A DNA stretch of 64,000 bases. It comes from a virus. Of this stretch, positions 36,766 to 47,874 are shown one piece after another. Position numbers and translations under genes: made by a program. The stretch lies in the IMG/VR virus record IMGVR_UViG_3300028025_000092, one strand, 5' to 3'. The number at the start of each line of letters is the position of its first letter. The stretch's first letter is position 1. The notes beneath the pieces are model-generated. The model had not been told where the DNA came from and did not search any database. It was given only the letters and a program-made list of their open reading frames with translations.

Positions 36766-37560
36766 ATGCCGAGAAGACCACCGAAAATTAAATCAACAAG
36801 TCTAAGTAAAGAAGATGCGTTGAAGAAAAAACAGGAGCTTGAGGATCTTATTTTTAATAACGAAACATTAGACGGACTTGGATCACCGGATATACCACCG
36901 ATGAAGCCTTTACGCGTTATGAATTTCGACAGTTTAAAAACTGAGGTAGAAACGGAATCCAAAAGTATATTAGGTTCATTGATCAAGTTCTATATGGACA
37001 CTGATATTATAGACGAAAACGATTATATCCATTTTAGAGCTAAGATAGATGCTTTAAGTATATCAACAATGGCATTTCAAATAAGAACAGCCCAACACGC
37101 TGTTACTAAAATGCTAGACGAAATAGATGCAGGAGGTCAATATCAGGCCAGAAACTTTGAGGTTCTTGCCCAGATGCAGAATCAGCTAATGCAAATGCCC
37201 TCCAAATTCCAGGCATATTTGGCAGAAATGGAAAAAACATATAAGACATTAAACACCGAATCCAAAAATTCTGACAATAGACAAAAACCCCTGATGACTG
37301 ATGATGATGGAAACACAGTTACTATTCCTGGTATATCTGGAGAGGGCGGAACTGTTAAGGTTCGTGGAAATAAGAATTTAATGGAGGGATTACAAAACGT
37401 AATCAAGACCGAAGTTATAGTAAAAAGAGCTCAGATAATAGATGGCCCAGATAAAAATTTGATAGATCCCAAGATGAAAGATCTTATCACTCCAGAAGAT
37501 GAGCTAAGACAAATGAAGGAGGAGGAAACAAAGATTGAACTCGACGAAGATCTATTTTAA
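36766..37560 (+). CDS. Putative terminase small subunit
   Basis: Helical ORF directly upstream of terL; ARNFEVLAQM motif. Confidence 0.5.
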   Translation: MPRRPPKIKSTSLSKEDALKKKQELEDLIFNNETLDGLGSPDIPPMKPLRVMNFDSLKTEVETESKSILGSLIKFYMDTDIIDENDYIHFRAKIDALSISTMAFQIRTAQHAVTKMLDEIDAGGQYQARNFEVLAQMQNQLMQMPSKFQAYLAEMEKTYKTLNTESKNSDNRQKPLMTDDDGNTVTIPGISGEGGTVKVRGNKNLMEGLQNVIKTEVIVKRAQIIDGPDKNLIDPKMKDLITPEDELRQMKEEETKIELDEDLF

Positions 37561-37562
37561 TT

Positions 37563-39371
37563 ATGGTAGAAGAAAAACAACAAAGTAATTATTGGACAAC
37601 CGAGAGGGTCAATAAAATTATACAGAATGCTGATGAAAATGGTGTAGACTTTAAAGATGTCGACAATCCATTCCATGAGAACGATCCCGAATTAAGACGG
37701 GGAGGAATATTATATGAGTATACAGAATGGGAAGTTGAAGAATTTAAAAAATGTGCTTCTGATGTTACCTATTTTGCCAATACCTATTGTAACGCAATGA
37801 CCGATGAGGGGATTAGAAAGATTACACTTAGAGATTATCAGGAGCAAATTCTAACACAATATCAGGAACATAGATTTAATATATTCTTAAGTCCGAGACA
37901 GAGTGGTAAGACAGTAACTTCTTCAATATTTCTTTTGTGGTATCTTCTTTTTAATTTCGACAAGAATGCGATGATCCTTGCGAACATCGGAGATACAGCA
38001 ACGGAATTGATGGATAAGATTAAGATTATCATGAAGGGTCTGCCATTCTTCTTAAAGCCCGGTGTATTTGTGTACAACGTCATGACCATGAAGTTTGATA
38101 ATGGATGTAGAATAATGGCTAAGACGACAACTAAACAGTCCTCTATCGGTTTTACTGTTCACTTTCTATACATGGATGAGTTTGCACACATTAATCCAAA
38201 CTTTATTGGGCAGTTCTTTAAATCTGTATATCCTACCATCTCATCTTCTAAAATATCAAGGATTATTATAACTTCAACCCCTAACGGGATGAATAAATTC
38301 TATGAGATATACAAATCTGCTATAGACGGGGAAAATGAATTTAACCCAATTAGAGTAGATTGGTGGCAAGTACCAGGAAGGGATGAAGAGTGGAAAAGAA
38401 AGGAAATTGCAAACTTAGGATCCGAAGAGGACTTTAACCAGGAATATGGTAATCAATTTTTAAGCTCTTCTAAATTATTGTTAGATTCATATACACTTAA
38501 AAAGTTAAAAAAGACCGAGGTAGAATTTGTACACAAAGAATTACTTCCTTTCCAAAATTCTATTGTTGATTATGCAGATCTTAAATGGCATCCCAATTTT
38601 GATCCTTCTAATTTATGGGAGGATGGAGAAAATAAAAGATTTGTAATCTCAGTCGATACCGCAGGAGGCGGGGGAGGTGATTATACAGCGGTTAATATAT
38701 TAAAGGTATCACCTAAACCTATATCTCTTATTGAAGAAAAAAAATTCTTCGAAGATGAGTCCGACTTTTTCTCCCTTTTACAAGTTGGACTTTACAAATC
38801 AAACACTATCCAGATAGAAGAGCTAAAAGTTTTTTTAGAAGTGCTTTGTACTGAGGTTTTTAATCCCGAACAGATAAAAGTTGCAGTAGAGGTTGATTAT
38901 AGGGGGGAATATTTGATAGAAAAACTTCTTTTGGGTGAGAAATTCTTTTCAGAAATGCTAGTATTTACAAGGCACACAGAGAGCTCGAAGCAAATGAAAA
39001 TGGGTGTTAAAATGACCCCAAAGACCAAGGAAAAATATTGTGAGGATCTAAAAATAAACACCAGAAATTCTAGAATAATTCCTACGGAAAAAACAACAAT
39101 AATGGAATTAAGTAATTTTGGGGAAACCAGCAAGGGAATATATCAAAGTCAGGTGGGTAAAGATGATATAGCTATGACCCTTGTAGTTGCCAATTCTGTG
39201 TTTGAATATCAGGATTTTAATTATCTGGTGATGGATATTTATGATAGTATACCAGAAAAATATAAAAATGCCATCAATAAAAAAATGGGTGAATCTGGGG
39301 AGAATGGCAATATTGGAGACCCTGCATCTAGGGAAATGGAAACATATAACGTTTTTAAGGACTTCTTTTAA
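37563..39371 (+). CDS. terL: Terminase large subunit (gp17-like)
   Basis: LRDYQ, PRQSGKT, YMDEFAH, TSTPNG, FNQEY, VDTAGG, DD. Confidence 0.95.
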   Translation: MVEEKQQSNYWTTERVNKIIQNADENGVDFKDVDNPFHENDPELRRGGILYEYTEWEVEEFKKCASDVTYFANTYCNAMTDEGIRKITLRDYQEQILTQYQEHRFNIFLSPRQSGKTVTSSIFLLWYLLFNFDKNAMILANIGDTATELMDKIKIIMKGLPFFLKPGVFVYNVMTMKFDNGCRIMAKTTTKQSSIGFTVHFLYMDEFAHINPNFIGQFFKSVYPTISSSKISRIIITSTPNGMNKFYEIYKSAIDGENEFNPIRVDWWQVPGRDEEWKRKEIANLGSEEDFNQEYGNQFLSSSKLLLDSYTLKKLKKTEVEFVHKELLPFQNSIVDYADLKWHPNFDPSNLWEDGENKRFVISVDTAGGGGGDYTAVNILKVSPKPISLIEEKKFFEDESDFFSLLQVGLYKSNTIQIEELKVFLEVLCTEVFNPEQIKVAVEVDYRGEYLIEKLLLGEKFFSEMLVFTRHTESSKQMKMGVKMTPKTKEKYCEDLKINTRNSRIIPTEKTTIMELSNFGETSKGIYQSQVGKDDIAMTLVVANSVFEYQDFNYLVMDIYDSIPEKYKNAINKKMGESGENGNIGDPASREMETYNVFKDFF

Positions 39372-39461
39372 CAAATTATTTGATATATACTTAAAGAGAA
39401 GGACTTTGAGACAACTCTAAAGTTCTCCCTCAAAAAGATATATACAAGTAAAAAATACAAA

Positions 39462-42400
39462 ATGGCAAAGAAGTTAACTCTGGATCTATCCGTTTTTAAA
39501 AGTTCTGGTGTTTACACCTTAGAATTTGACGCTTCTGAAAACATTGTAGTAAATCCTCAAACTGTTAGATTGGTAGTTGGTTTTTCAACTAAAGGACCTT
39601 TTAACACCCCGGTTTATGTACCTGACATTCAGACAGCTCTCAAAGTTTTTGGTGACATTGACAGAGCTTTAGAGAAAAAAGGATCATTCTTTCATCGATC
39701 TATATTCACGTGCTTAAACAGTGGACCTGTTTTCGCTTTGAATCTACTTAAATTAAATAATACGGTTACTGAAACAGGAACTCCTGACGTAGCAAATGGA
39801 TCAGACGTTGCTAGATATAGAGCGTTTTCTATTGATACAGCAGAAGCTAACGGTGCAAACTCTACAGCGGATTACACAAGATCCAATGCACTTTTACCAA
39901 AACAGGATAAGTTAGTTTCCTCCTATTATAATAAAGAAAAATTCTGGTTTCCTGATCCGAATATGCTTCTTGCCACTATAGATACCACGGAACAGTCCAA
40001 ATTATTCAGCTTAGTTAACCTTAGCCAAAATCCAATTAGTATTATAATCAAGAAATCCCTTGATGCTAGAATCCCTATCAAAGGATTCGATATTACTGCT
40101 CAGGAATACTTCGGGTCAAACAATGTTCCAGTATTTATGAATCCTAATGATTACGTCTCAGATTACTTTATAGACGTTATTGCAGTTAGCGGAAATTGGT
40201 CTAATTATTCAGATCTTTCTTTGGATCCTATTTATTCTTCCTACTTTACTTCTAAAGGATTTATAAAATCAAAAATTGATGATTTTCTATCATTAAATGA
40301 AGTAAACGTTGTTCTTACGACTACCGGATGTTTAATCCCAGATTTTGCAGATCAAAACGGTATAACACAATACATTAAAACACTTATCAATAATCAAGTT
40401 GGTCAGACCGGAATTCTTTGTGCAGTAAACGAAGAGGCACTTGACGATCTTGAAAGCAATACATCATTTATAGATTTGGTTGGTCACCACTTGACAGGAG
40501 CATTAGATCCTGGATCTATCCAGATTGACAATATAGATTTCTTAAGCTACAGTGCACCACTAATTGCTGATTTTTCATATTCAGTAAACAGTCAAACTGT
40601 AAGTGATCTAGTTTCACCAAACGCTCAGTTACTTGAAGTTGGTACCACATACGAAGATTCTTTAGCAAATCCTGGGGTTAGTGGGGTTGATTCGGCAGAT
40701 TTTGCAGCTTATAATTATCAAAATGCAGATGCTGGATTACCTTATATACAAACTAATTTCCAAGGAGCTACAGCAGGAGACAGAAAAACTGCATTAAGAG
40801 AATTCTTAGCAGTAACATCTACTTCAATCGGACCTAAGTTTATTTTAGGAAAAGTTACATCAACTTTAGCTGGAAATGTAGAGGCTAGAAAATATTTTGC
40901 CGACGGAGACGTAGTTAAACTAAAAATAGAGGAAGTTAAGGAAGTTACGGTTGCACCAGGAAACGTTCAGGTTAGAATTAAATGGTCACATCCATTATTT
41001 AAATCTACAACACATCTAGTTGAGCCTTATGACGAAACAAATTTATCATCTGGAAAATATCAATTCTGTAAATCAGATTATTTTGATATTGTAGATCCTC
41101 TTGAAACTAGCCCAGGTTCTTTAGGAAGTCCGGTAGTTATACCTAATCAAACGATAGGAAACTTTAATTATTTCGGATATTCAGAGTCTAAAATCTACAC
41201 AGATTGGGATGGTGGATTAATTAGCGACGGAGATGTTATAAATAAAACATATGATGGATCCCTACTTCAATATATTAAACTTGAAAAATCTATCGATAGA
41301 GATGGATTTGAAGTTCTTGAATTAAAGGCTTATGTAGATTCAGATTTAACAACACAGGAAACCGTGGTTGGAACTGGATTAAGCTATCTTACAAATGCAA
41401 CAGGTGTTGCAGATACGATAGACCAAAATGGATACGATCTAAACATTATATCCTTAGCAGGAAACTTAAATCAATTTATAGAAATCGAATCAATTCCTAC
41501 TCCGAACGTTCAGGTTGAAATGACATTAGAAAATGTTACCGCGTCAGGATTAGCAGTTGGGGATCTTTTAGTTTCCGAAGATATTGATCCTATCACAGGT
41601 TCAAATAGATTGGCTAGAGTAATAGTATCTAAGAGAAATACAACAGGACCAGGAGAATACAGTGTATATGTAACAACCGATAGACCTATTAAAATCTACT
41701 CAGGACAAAGAGTTAATAAATTTAGACCGATTCACAAATTCGTAACAAATCTTAACTTTACATATCTTCCTGGATTCCAATTAAAGAACACACATAAACC
41801 AAACGGTAATGATGATAGATTGGATGAGATCCTAAACGTATTGACAGAAACCAATATTGCTAACACCTTATCTGATAGAAACATTATCACATTTAGATAT
41901 GTTGTAGACACATTTGACGGACAGATACAAACAGATTCTAAGCAGCAGCTTGCAAATCTTGCTAAAAATAGACAAAAATGTCTAGCATTAATTAATGCTC
42001 CTTCAATGGAGAAATTTAAAAACTCTATTGATCCTAGATTTACTACTGCACCATCTGCTACTGATCCAGCACCTTTGCTAAGCGCAAGATATATCGCAGA
42101 CGGCGGTAACCTTGATCTGAATCCTTCATTTAGATTCACACTACCTAGCGAAGATAACGGAGCTAAATTCTGCGGTGTGTTTGCTCCATTCTTAACTATT
42201 AGAGAAAATGGTAAAAACTTTAATATCCCACCAGCAGCTCACGTAAGTAACAATTTCATTAGAAAATTCGTTACTGGTGAACCTTATTCCATCGTAGCTG
42301 GTCAAAAAAGAGGGGTACTTTCAGGATCTAACTTAGTTGGACTTGAATATGATTTCTCTCAAGAAGATAGAGATTTCTTAGAGCCATTTGGTATTAATCC

Positions 42401-42812
42401 GATAGTAAGAAAAAGAAACATTGGATTAGTAATCTTCGGTAACCAAACAGGATATCAAAGAACTAACTCTGCATTTAACAACTTGCACGTTAGAGATCTA
42501 TTAATTACACTTGAAGAAAGCGTAGAAGATATCTTAGCTAACTACTTATTCGATTTCAACGAAGATTCAATCAGACTTGAAATTAAGACTATAGTAGATA
42601 ACTACTTATCAGGGGTTAAGAATGTAGGAGGAATTTACAATTTCTTAACTATCATGGACTCTTCTAACAACACTCCTGCTGTTATCGACCAAAATATCGG
42701 TATTATCGATATAATCGTAGAACCAGCTAGAGGTATACACAAATTTATAAATAGAATGACAGTTGCTAGAACAGGTGGTATAGCTTCTGGTGGATTTATT
42801 CAATTCAGTTAA
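39462..42812 (+). CDS. Tail sheath protein (gp18-like)
   Basis: SSGVYTLEFD, KGPFNTP, PPAAHV, AGQKRG, GINPI, LHVRDL. Confidence 0.92.
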   Translation: MAKKLTLDLSVFKSSGVYTLEFDASENIVVNPQTVRLVVGFSTKGPFNTPVYVPDIQTALKVFGDIDRALEKKGSFFHRSIFTCLNSGPVFALNLLKLNNTVTETGTPDVANGSDVARYRAFSIDTAEANGANSTADYTRSNALLPKQDKLVSSYYNKEKFWFPDPNMLLATIDTTEQSKLFSLVNLSQNPISIIIKKSLDARIPIKGFDITAQEYFGSNNVPVFMNPNDYVSDYFIDVIAVSGNWSNYSDLSLDPIYSSYFTSKGFIKSKIDDFLSLNEVNVVLTTTGCLIPDFADQNGITQYIKTLINNQVGQTGILCAVNEEALDDLESNTSFIDLVGHHLTGALDPGSIQIDNIDFLSYSAPLIADFSYSVNSQTVSDLVSPNAQLLEVGTTYEDSLANPGVSGVDSADFAAYNYQNADAGLPYIQTNFQGATAGDRKTALREFLAVTSTSIGPKFILGKVTSTLAGNVEARKYFADGDVVKLKIEEVKEVTVAPGNVQVRIKWSHPLFKSTTHLVEPYDETNLSSGKYQFCKSDYFDIVDPLETSPGSLGSPVVIPNQTIGNFNYFGYSESKIYTDWDGGLISDGDVINKTYDGSLLQYIKLEKSIDRDGFEVLELKAYVDSDLTTQETVVGTGLSYLTNATGVADTIDQNGYDLNIISLAGNLNQFIEIESIPTPNVQVEMTLENVTASGLAVGDLLVSEDIDPITGSNRLARVIVSKRNTTGPGEYSVYVTTDRPIKIYSGQRVNKFRPIHKFVTNLNFTYLPGFQLKNTHKPNGNDDRLDEILNVLTETNIANTLSDRNIITFRYVVDTFDGQIQTDSKQQLANLAKNRQKCLALINAPSMEKFKNSIDPRFTTAPSATDPAPLLSARYIADGGNLDLNPSFRFTLPSEDNGAKFCGVFAPFLTIRENGKNFNIPPAAHVSNNFIRKFVTGEPYSIVAGQKRGVLSGSNLVGLEYDFSQEDRDFLEPFGINPIVRKRNIGLVIFGNQTGYQRTNSAFNNLHVRDLLITLEESVEDILANYLFDFNEDSIRLEIKTIVDNYLSGVKNVGGIYNFLTIMDSSNNTPAVIDQNIGIIDIIVEPARGIHKFINRMTVARTGGIASGGFIQFS

Positions 42813-42852
42813 TTTGATTAAAAACACTATAGAGAAATATATAAAATAAAAA

Positions 42853-43425
42853 ATGGCAGGATTACCACATTATACATCTTCTAAGGCGGCGGTTAATAAA
42901 TTCGAACCGATTTTTACGAACCAGTTCGAGGTGTTAATCTCCCCACCTGCTGCTGTAGTAGCTCCGCAGGGGAATCCAAATAATGGAAACATCCTATTAG
43001 AACATGTAAAGAGTATAGAAGGATTAGGTGTTGACCAAAACCCTGGTGAAGTCTTTCAACAGTATAAAAACGCTAAAAGGTATTATGCAGGTGCTAAACC
43101 TCAACAAACCGGATTTGATTTAGGGATAAACTTTGAAGTCAATCTGGATGAAAATAACTCAATGTACGTTTTTAAAACAATGAGACAGTGGGCGGATTTA
43201 ATTTACAACCCACTTACAGGAGCTCTTGGCCTTAAAAAAGACTATACAGGAACTATAGTAATAAGTGTTTTTAATAAAGCTGGAGATGTTCATAGAAGAA
43301 TAACTTGTAAAGATTGTTTTATTATGACTCCTTTATCTCAAATGGATTTAAATTATACAAATCAAAGTTTATTTTCATTAAAGGTTCAATGGGCAGTTGA
43401 TTATTTTGATGACGTATTCTTATAA
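42853..43425 (+). CDS. Tail tube protein (gp19-like) 1
   Basis: Follows sheath; NQFEV, RQWADL, DYF. Confidence 0.8.
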   Translation: MAGLPHYTSSKAAVNKFEPIFTNQFEVLISPPAAVVAPQGNPNNGNILLEHVKSIEGLGVDQNPGEVFQQYKNAKRYYAGAKPQQTGFDLGINFEVNLDENNSMYVFKTMRQWADLIYNPLTGALGLKKDYTGTIVISVFNKAGDVHRRITCKDCFIMTPLSQMDLNYTNQSLFSLKVQWAVDYFDDVFL

Positions 43426-43437
43426 TAAAATTAAAAA

Positions 43438-44016
43438 ATGGCAGGATTACCACATTTTACTAGTGCAAAAGCAGCAGTAAGTCTATACGAACCGGTATAC
43501 TTAAATCAGTTTGAGGTTATAATTCAACCACCCGCTGCGGTTTCCAATCCTGCAGGTAATGCTGGAAGAAGCTTATTGGTTGAAAATATCACCCAAATAT
43601 CTGGTCTAGAGGTTGACAAAACCCCAACACCAGTAGAGCAATTTTACAAATTTGCTAGAAGAAGATATGCAGGTGCTGGTGTAGATCAAACAGGGGTTAA
43701 ACTTAGAATCAACTTTCAAACCAATTTAGATGATAATAACTCCAATTATGTACACAAAACTTTAAGACAGTGGTCAGATTTAGTTTATAATCCTTTGACC
43801 GGTGCAATGGGGATTAAATCCAATTATGCTGGTGGTGCTTATGTTCTAGTTAGTATTTTTAATAAGCAAGGCGACGTTTTTAGAAGAATGAAATTCTTAA
43901 ATTGTTTCCCAACTAAAGCAATTGATCCTATGCCTTTAAGCTATGAGAACGTAGGGGGATTATACACAATTTCAGCAGAATTCAGAGCAGATTACTTTGA
44001 AGATGTGTTTAACTAA
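43438..44016 (+). CDS. Tail tube protein (gp19-like) 2
   Basis: Paralogue of the previous gene (MAGLPH..S.KAAV, YNPLTGA.G). Confidence 0.8.
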   Translation: MAGLPHFTSAKAAVSLYEPVYLNQFEVIIQPPAAVSNPAGNAGRSLLVENITQISGLEVDKTPTPVEQFYKFARRRYAGAGVDQTGVKLRINFQTNLDDNNSNYVHKTLRQWSDLVYNPLTGAMGIKSNYAGGAYVLVSIFNKQGDVFRRMKFLNCFPTKAIDPMPLSYENVGGLYTISAEFRADYFEDVFN

Positions 44017-44041
44017 TCAAAAATATACAAGATAGATATAT

Positions 44042-44071
44042 AAAAGGCTTATCCTACCGATAAGCCTTTTT
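44042..44071 (+). terminator. Intrinsic terminator
   Basis: AAAAGGCTTATC/GATAAGCCTTTT. Confidence 0.8.
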
Positions 44072-44118
44072 ATATGTTTGACATTTAAGAAGCCACCACT
44101 ATTAGCAAATGGACGAGA

Positions 44119-44373
44119 GTGATAGTAAAAACCATAAAAAAATTAAAGGAAAAAGAGAAAAGACTAACCCTTTACAAGGATACATCTCTTATGTTAGCAA
44201 TGTTCTTTCTTCCGCTTGGGTACGACGCCCTATTCAAACTAATAATGGATTTGAGTGGTTCATATTGGGTTGCAGATGTAATCTTTTACTCAATTTCAGG
44301 ATGTTTTTGGTTATCGTATATCTTGCTTACGAGGCATTTAAATAAAAATCCTAAATCTTCATCCAATTTTTGA
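44119..44373 (+). CDS. Small two-TM membrane protein
   Basis: Two hydrophobic helices, GTG start. Confidence 0.55.
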   Translation: MIVKTIKKLKEKEKRLTLYKDTSLMLAMFFLPLGYDALFKLIMDLSGSYWVADVIFYSISGCFWLSYILLTRHLNKNPKSSSNF

Positions 44374-44426
44374 ATTATATTTTATTCTAGATACTACAAT
44401 CAAAGATAGATAAAATATAAAAAGTC

Positions 44427-45407
44427 ATGGATAATAATTTAGATCAAATTGCTTTAGAACAGCTAAGTAGAAAAGAACAAGAAAGTGGCCTTGATTATTC
44501 AGATCTACCAAAAGAAACACAAACCCCTAAATCCCTAGGAAAAGCATCCTATGTAGAGGAAATGGAAAGCATCCAAGGGATGGAATCCCCATGGAAAAAG
44601 CTTCCTATAGAAAATCTTCCATCTGGAGGATTTGGATATCCTAGAGGAATGGAAATGAGCATCAGATCAGCAGAGGTTGGAGAAATTAGGCATTTTTCTA
44701 CTATAGACGAAAATGATCCAATAAACATTGATGAGAAAATTAATCATATAATCTCTAAGTGCTGTAATCTTAAATGGCCAGAAGGTGTTTTAAATTATAT
44801 GGACATTTATCAAGAGGATAGATTTTACATATTTATGGCAATAAGGGATCTAACATTTGTCAAAGGTGAAAATAGAATTTTTATACCAGTCAAAAAGGAT
44901 TGCGCTAAAGGTGATTGTCCTATTCCGTCAGACATTGAGTTAACCTCTGGTATTTTATCCTCCTTTAAATTAGATCCTAAAATCGTTAAATTCTACGACC
45001 AAGAAAATGGATATTTTAATTTAGTTCCAAAAAACGGGGACACAGCCATTCAGCTATTCATTCCAACCATTGGGGTTTCCACTAAAATCCGGAAAATTAT
45101 AAAGGATAAGGTGAAGGGCGGGAAAAAATACGATCAGACTTTTGCTAAAATATCCCCATATTTAATACCAAATTGGAGGGATTTGGACGAAAGAGCATAT
45201 GATGAGTATGAGTTCAATTCTAAAAATTGGACATATACGCAATTTGTTTTAGCTGATAGTATATCAGAGCAAGTAACTTTTGCAACTAAAAACTCTTTAG
45301 AAATAACTTGCAGTAAATGCGGTGCCGAGGTCACTGCTCCTATCCGATTTCGCGGAGGAATCCGATCCCTTTACATTATTTCAGATATCTTTGGACAACT
45401 ACTTTGA
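44427..45407 (+). CDS. Baseplate hub assembly protein (gp26-like)
   Basis: LPSGG..YP, DRFYIFMAIR, PTIG, CSKCG. Confidence 0.65.
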   Translation: MDNNLDQIALEQLSRKEQESGLDYSDLPKETQTPKSLGKASYVEEMESIQGMESPWKKLPIENLPSGGFGYPRGMEMSIRSAEVGEIRHFSTIDENDPINIDEKINHIISKCCNLKWPEGVLNYMDIYQEDRFYIFMAIRDLTFVKGENRIFIPVKKDCAKGDCPIPSDIELTSGILSSFKLDPKIVKFYDQENGYFNLVPKNGDTAIQLFIPTIGVSTKIRKIIKDKVKGGKKYDQTFAKISPYLIPNWRDLDERAYDEYEFNSKNWTYTQFVLADSISEQVTFATKNSLEITCSKCGAEVTAPIRFRGGIRSLYIISDIFGQLL

Positions 45408-45585
45408 GATTAAACTCAAATTTGCAAAGGATTATAATATCCCATTCTCAGAACTAGAAAAGCTCCCCTATTTTGAATACCAAATTCTTTTAGAAAAGCT
45501 TAATAAAGAAATAGAGGAAAAAAACAAAAAGATAGTAAAAGAGAAAGATGGCATGGTTCCTTTATTTAATTTAGGCAACTCTTAA
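45391..45585 (+). CDS. Baseplate hub assembly catalyst (gp51-like)
   Basis: SLDNYF...FSELEKLPYFE; probable TTG start overlapping the previous gene. Confidence 0.55.
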   Translation: MDNYFEIKLKFAKDYNIPFSELEKLPYFEYQILLEKLNKEIEEKNKKIVKEKDGMVPLFNLGNS

Positions 45586-45620
45586 CTCCCTTTAATATAT
45601 ACAGGAAATAAGTTCCAATT

Positions 45621-47102
45621 TTGGCAGATTCATTAGAAACAGAACAGGGTAGGTTTGAATACTACAAGAAAAAGCTTGAGGAAGAAAAAGCTAATGTTCC
45701 TCAATTAACCGAGGCTTCCTCTAAAGTTGTAGAATTAGCAATGCATGAGGCAAATAGGGATATATTCCCCCCTATGGGCTTTATAAATTTTAATAAGGTT
45801 CCAGCGGGGGTAGATGCAGAGAAATTCATAGGATATAAGATTGATGATATCCTTAGAGGAACAGTTAAATACATTGAAGAGTTAGAAGAGCAACCACCCG
45901 CATATTTACAAGGATGGGGTATTGCAAATCTTCCTGTTTTTGAAGATTCTGCAGCAGTTAAAGATCTGGTTGCAAAAACAAAAACAGATTATAGCAAGAT
46001 TTCAGAGGAAATATACAATCTAGAAGACGGTGATGAAGCTGATTTCAATAATCCTGTGATGAAAAATTTGAACTCTAAAGATCTTCACGATCTTTTAGAT
46101 TCCACCATGTTAAATTTTCTTAAAGAAATTGGGGTTGAAAGATCAGAATCTGGGGTATCTAATGACAACTATATTCTAGAAAAATCACAAATGCTTTATG
46201 ATTTTTTAACCAAAGCAAATTCCCAAACACAGACAATACCATCAGTAGAACCAAGTGCTACTAAAACAGAGGAAACCCCAACAAGTGTTAAAGAGGCAGA
46301 GAAAATAGAACCAGTTCCTACTTCTCCTATTATCCCAGTAGAAATACCGCAAGCACCGCAAGTTGTTGTAGCGGAAAAAATACAGAATAACGTCGTTGAA
46401 AAATCACAGCCTCCTATAGAACCTCCAAAATCTGAGGTTATACAACCAGTACAAAATATTGAATCCACCCAAACCGTTAGTATAGCAACTCCGGAGACTG
46501 CAAATCAACCAGTATCTCCCTTAGCAGCGGAATCGCCTATGGAATCTAGCTCAACAACAGAATCCTCCGTTAGTACTCCTCTTTTAGATATGCTTGCTAA
46601 TTCTTCTGGTATGAGCTCAGAAGAAATAGCTAAAATGTTTCAGGATCCAGATGCAGCTGGTAACTTACAAAAATCGTTGGATATTTCTTTACCTGGATTA
46701 CCAGAGGGTTTAGCACCAGAAACTGCTAATACAGGATCACCTGCTGCTATTGAAGCAGGCGCACAGACATTAAACCAAACGCAAACAGCAGAGGTAGCAT
46801 CAAAGGTTTCTGAAACTATCAAAATGGCAGAGCCTATTCAGGCTCCCCCAATTACCCCAGTTATTCAACAGGAAAATACCCCTAAACCCGCATCAGCTGA
46901 ATCCCCGGTGTCACAAGAGCAAAAAGTATCAACTGAGGAAAATAAGGAAACCACACCGGCACCAGAAACTAAATCGATGGAGGATAATAAGGACAAAGAG
47001 CAGGATCAGACTAATGCTGAGCTTCTTAAAGTCATGAGAGACGTGTTGAAGACACTACAGGGTCCTTTGATCTTTACTGACGGTAAGCACAACTTTTCAT
47101 AA
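45621..47102 (+). CDS. Hypothetical protein with Pro/Glu/Thr-rich disordered C-terminal half
   Basis: 493 aa, TTG start, AATATATA upstream. Confidence 0.6.
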   Translation: MADSLETEQGRFEYYKKKLEEEKANVPQLTEASSKVVELAMHEANRDIFPPMGFINFNKVPAGVDAEKFIGYKIDDILRGTVKYIEELEEQPPAYLQGWGIANLPVFEDSAAVKDLVAKTKTDYSKISEEIYNLEDGDEADFNNPVMKNLNSKDLHDLLDSTMLNFLKEIGVERSESGVSNDNYILEKSQMLYDFLTKANSQTQTIPSVEPSATKTEETPTSVKEAEKIEPVPTSPIIPVEIPQAPQVVVAEKIQNNVVEKSQPPIEPPKSEVIQPVQNIESTQTVSIATPETANQPVSPLAAESPMESSSTTESSVSTPLLDMLANSSGMSSEEIAKMFQDPDAAGNLQKSLDISLPGLPEGLAPETANTGSPAAIEAGAQTLNQTQTAEVASKVSETIKMAEPIQAPPITPVIQQENTPKPASAESPVSQEQKVSTEENKETTPAPETKSMEDNKDKEQDQTNAELLKVMRDVLKTLQGPLIFTDGKHNFS

Positions 47103-47159
47103 TTACGTTTTTTTATTACGAAACTTTTCTTGTATATTTGTGTAGTATACTAAAAAGAG

Positions 47160-47408
47160 ATGCCTGAGACAAAAAAAATCTACACAGTTACGGAAGATTT
47201 AAGAAAAATTATCTCTGATTTTTTAGAAAGTCCCTTTGATAACACAAAGGAATCGATCGAAATGATCAGAAGTAAACGGTCGTTTACTGAAGAGGAAATA
47301 AATCAAATTATTAATCTTCTTGGTAAGTTTCCTGCTTATTTAGTTTATCCCATAATAGATTCTTTTAAAGGAAACTTAAAAATAGAAGAAATTGATCAAC
47401 CAGAATAA
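47160..47408 (+). CDS. Hypothetical protein
   Basis: 82 aa; TATATTTG and GAAAC-N18-TAGTAT upstream. Confidence 0.6.
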   Translation: MPETKKIYTVTEDLRKIISDFLESPFDNTKESIEMIRSKRSFTEEEINQIINLLGKFPAYLVYPIIDSFKGNLKIEEIDQPE

Positions 47409-47862
47409 CTACAAAGAGCACACAGAGGAAAATTGTCCAGACCTAAAACAATTCAGTCTGGATGTAGTGTATCTAAGAATGGCAAGGGAATGGGCTAAAA
47501 ATTCACATTGCAGAAGAAGCCAGGTAGGATGTTTGGTTGTTAAAAATAAAACGATAATTTCTGATGGATATAACGGAACTCCAACAGGATTTCCCAATAT
47601 TTGCGAAGATCTAGAAAATAATACTTTAGCATCAGTTCTTCATGCAGAAGCTAATGCTATTACTAAGTTAGCAATGAATACTGTTTCGTCACACGGTGGT
47701 ACGATGTATGTTACTCTTTCACCTTGTTTCGATTGTTCTAAATTGATTATACAATCCGGGATAAAGAGAATAGTATTTTCAGAGCTTTATAGAAAAATTG
47801 AATCACTAGATTTGCTTTCACAAGCAGGAATAGAAATTGTTTATATTAACTTACAACCATAA
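47392..47862 (+). CDS. dCMP deaminase
   Basis: VGC, GYNG.P.G, HAEANAI, SPCFDC. Confidence 0.93.
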   Translation: MINQNNYKEHTEENCPDLKQFSLDVVYLRMAREWAKNSHCRRSQVGCLVVKNKTIISDGYNGTPTGFPNICEDLENNTLASVLHAEANAITKLAMNTVSSHGGTMYVTLSPCFDCSKLIIQSGIKRIVFSELYRKIESLDLLSQAGIEIVYINLQP

Positions 47863-47874
47863 ACCAAACTAACA

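Noticed and set aside
45322-45407. Lambda G/GT-type frameshift between gp26-like and gp51-like genes
   Set aside because: Overlap is in the +1 frame with no slippery heptamer, and an in-frame TTG start at 45391 explains it
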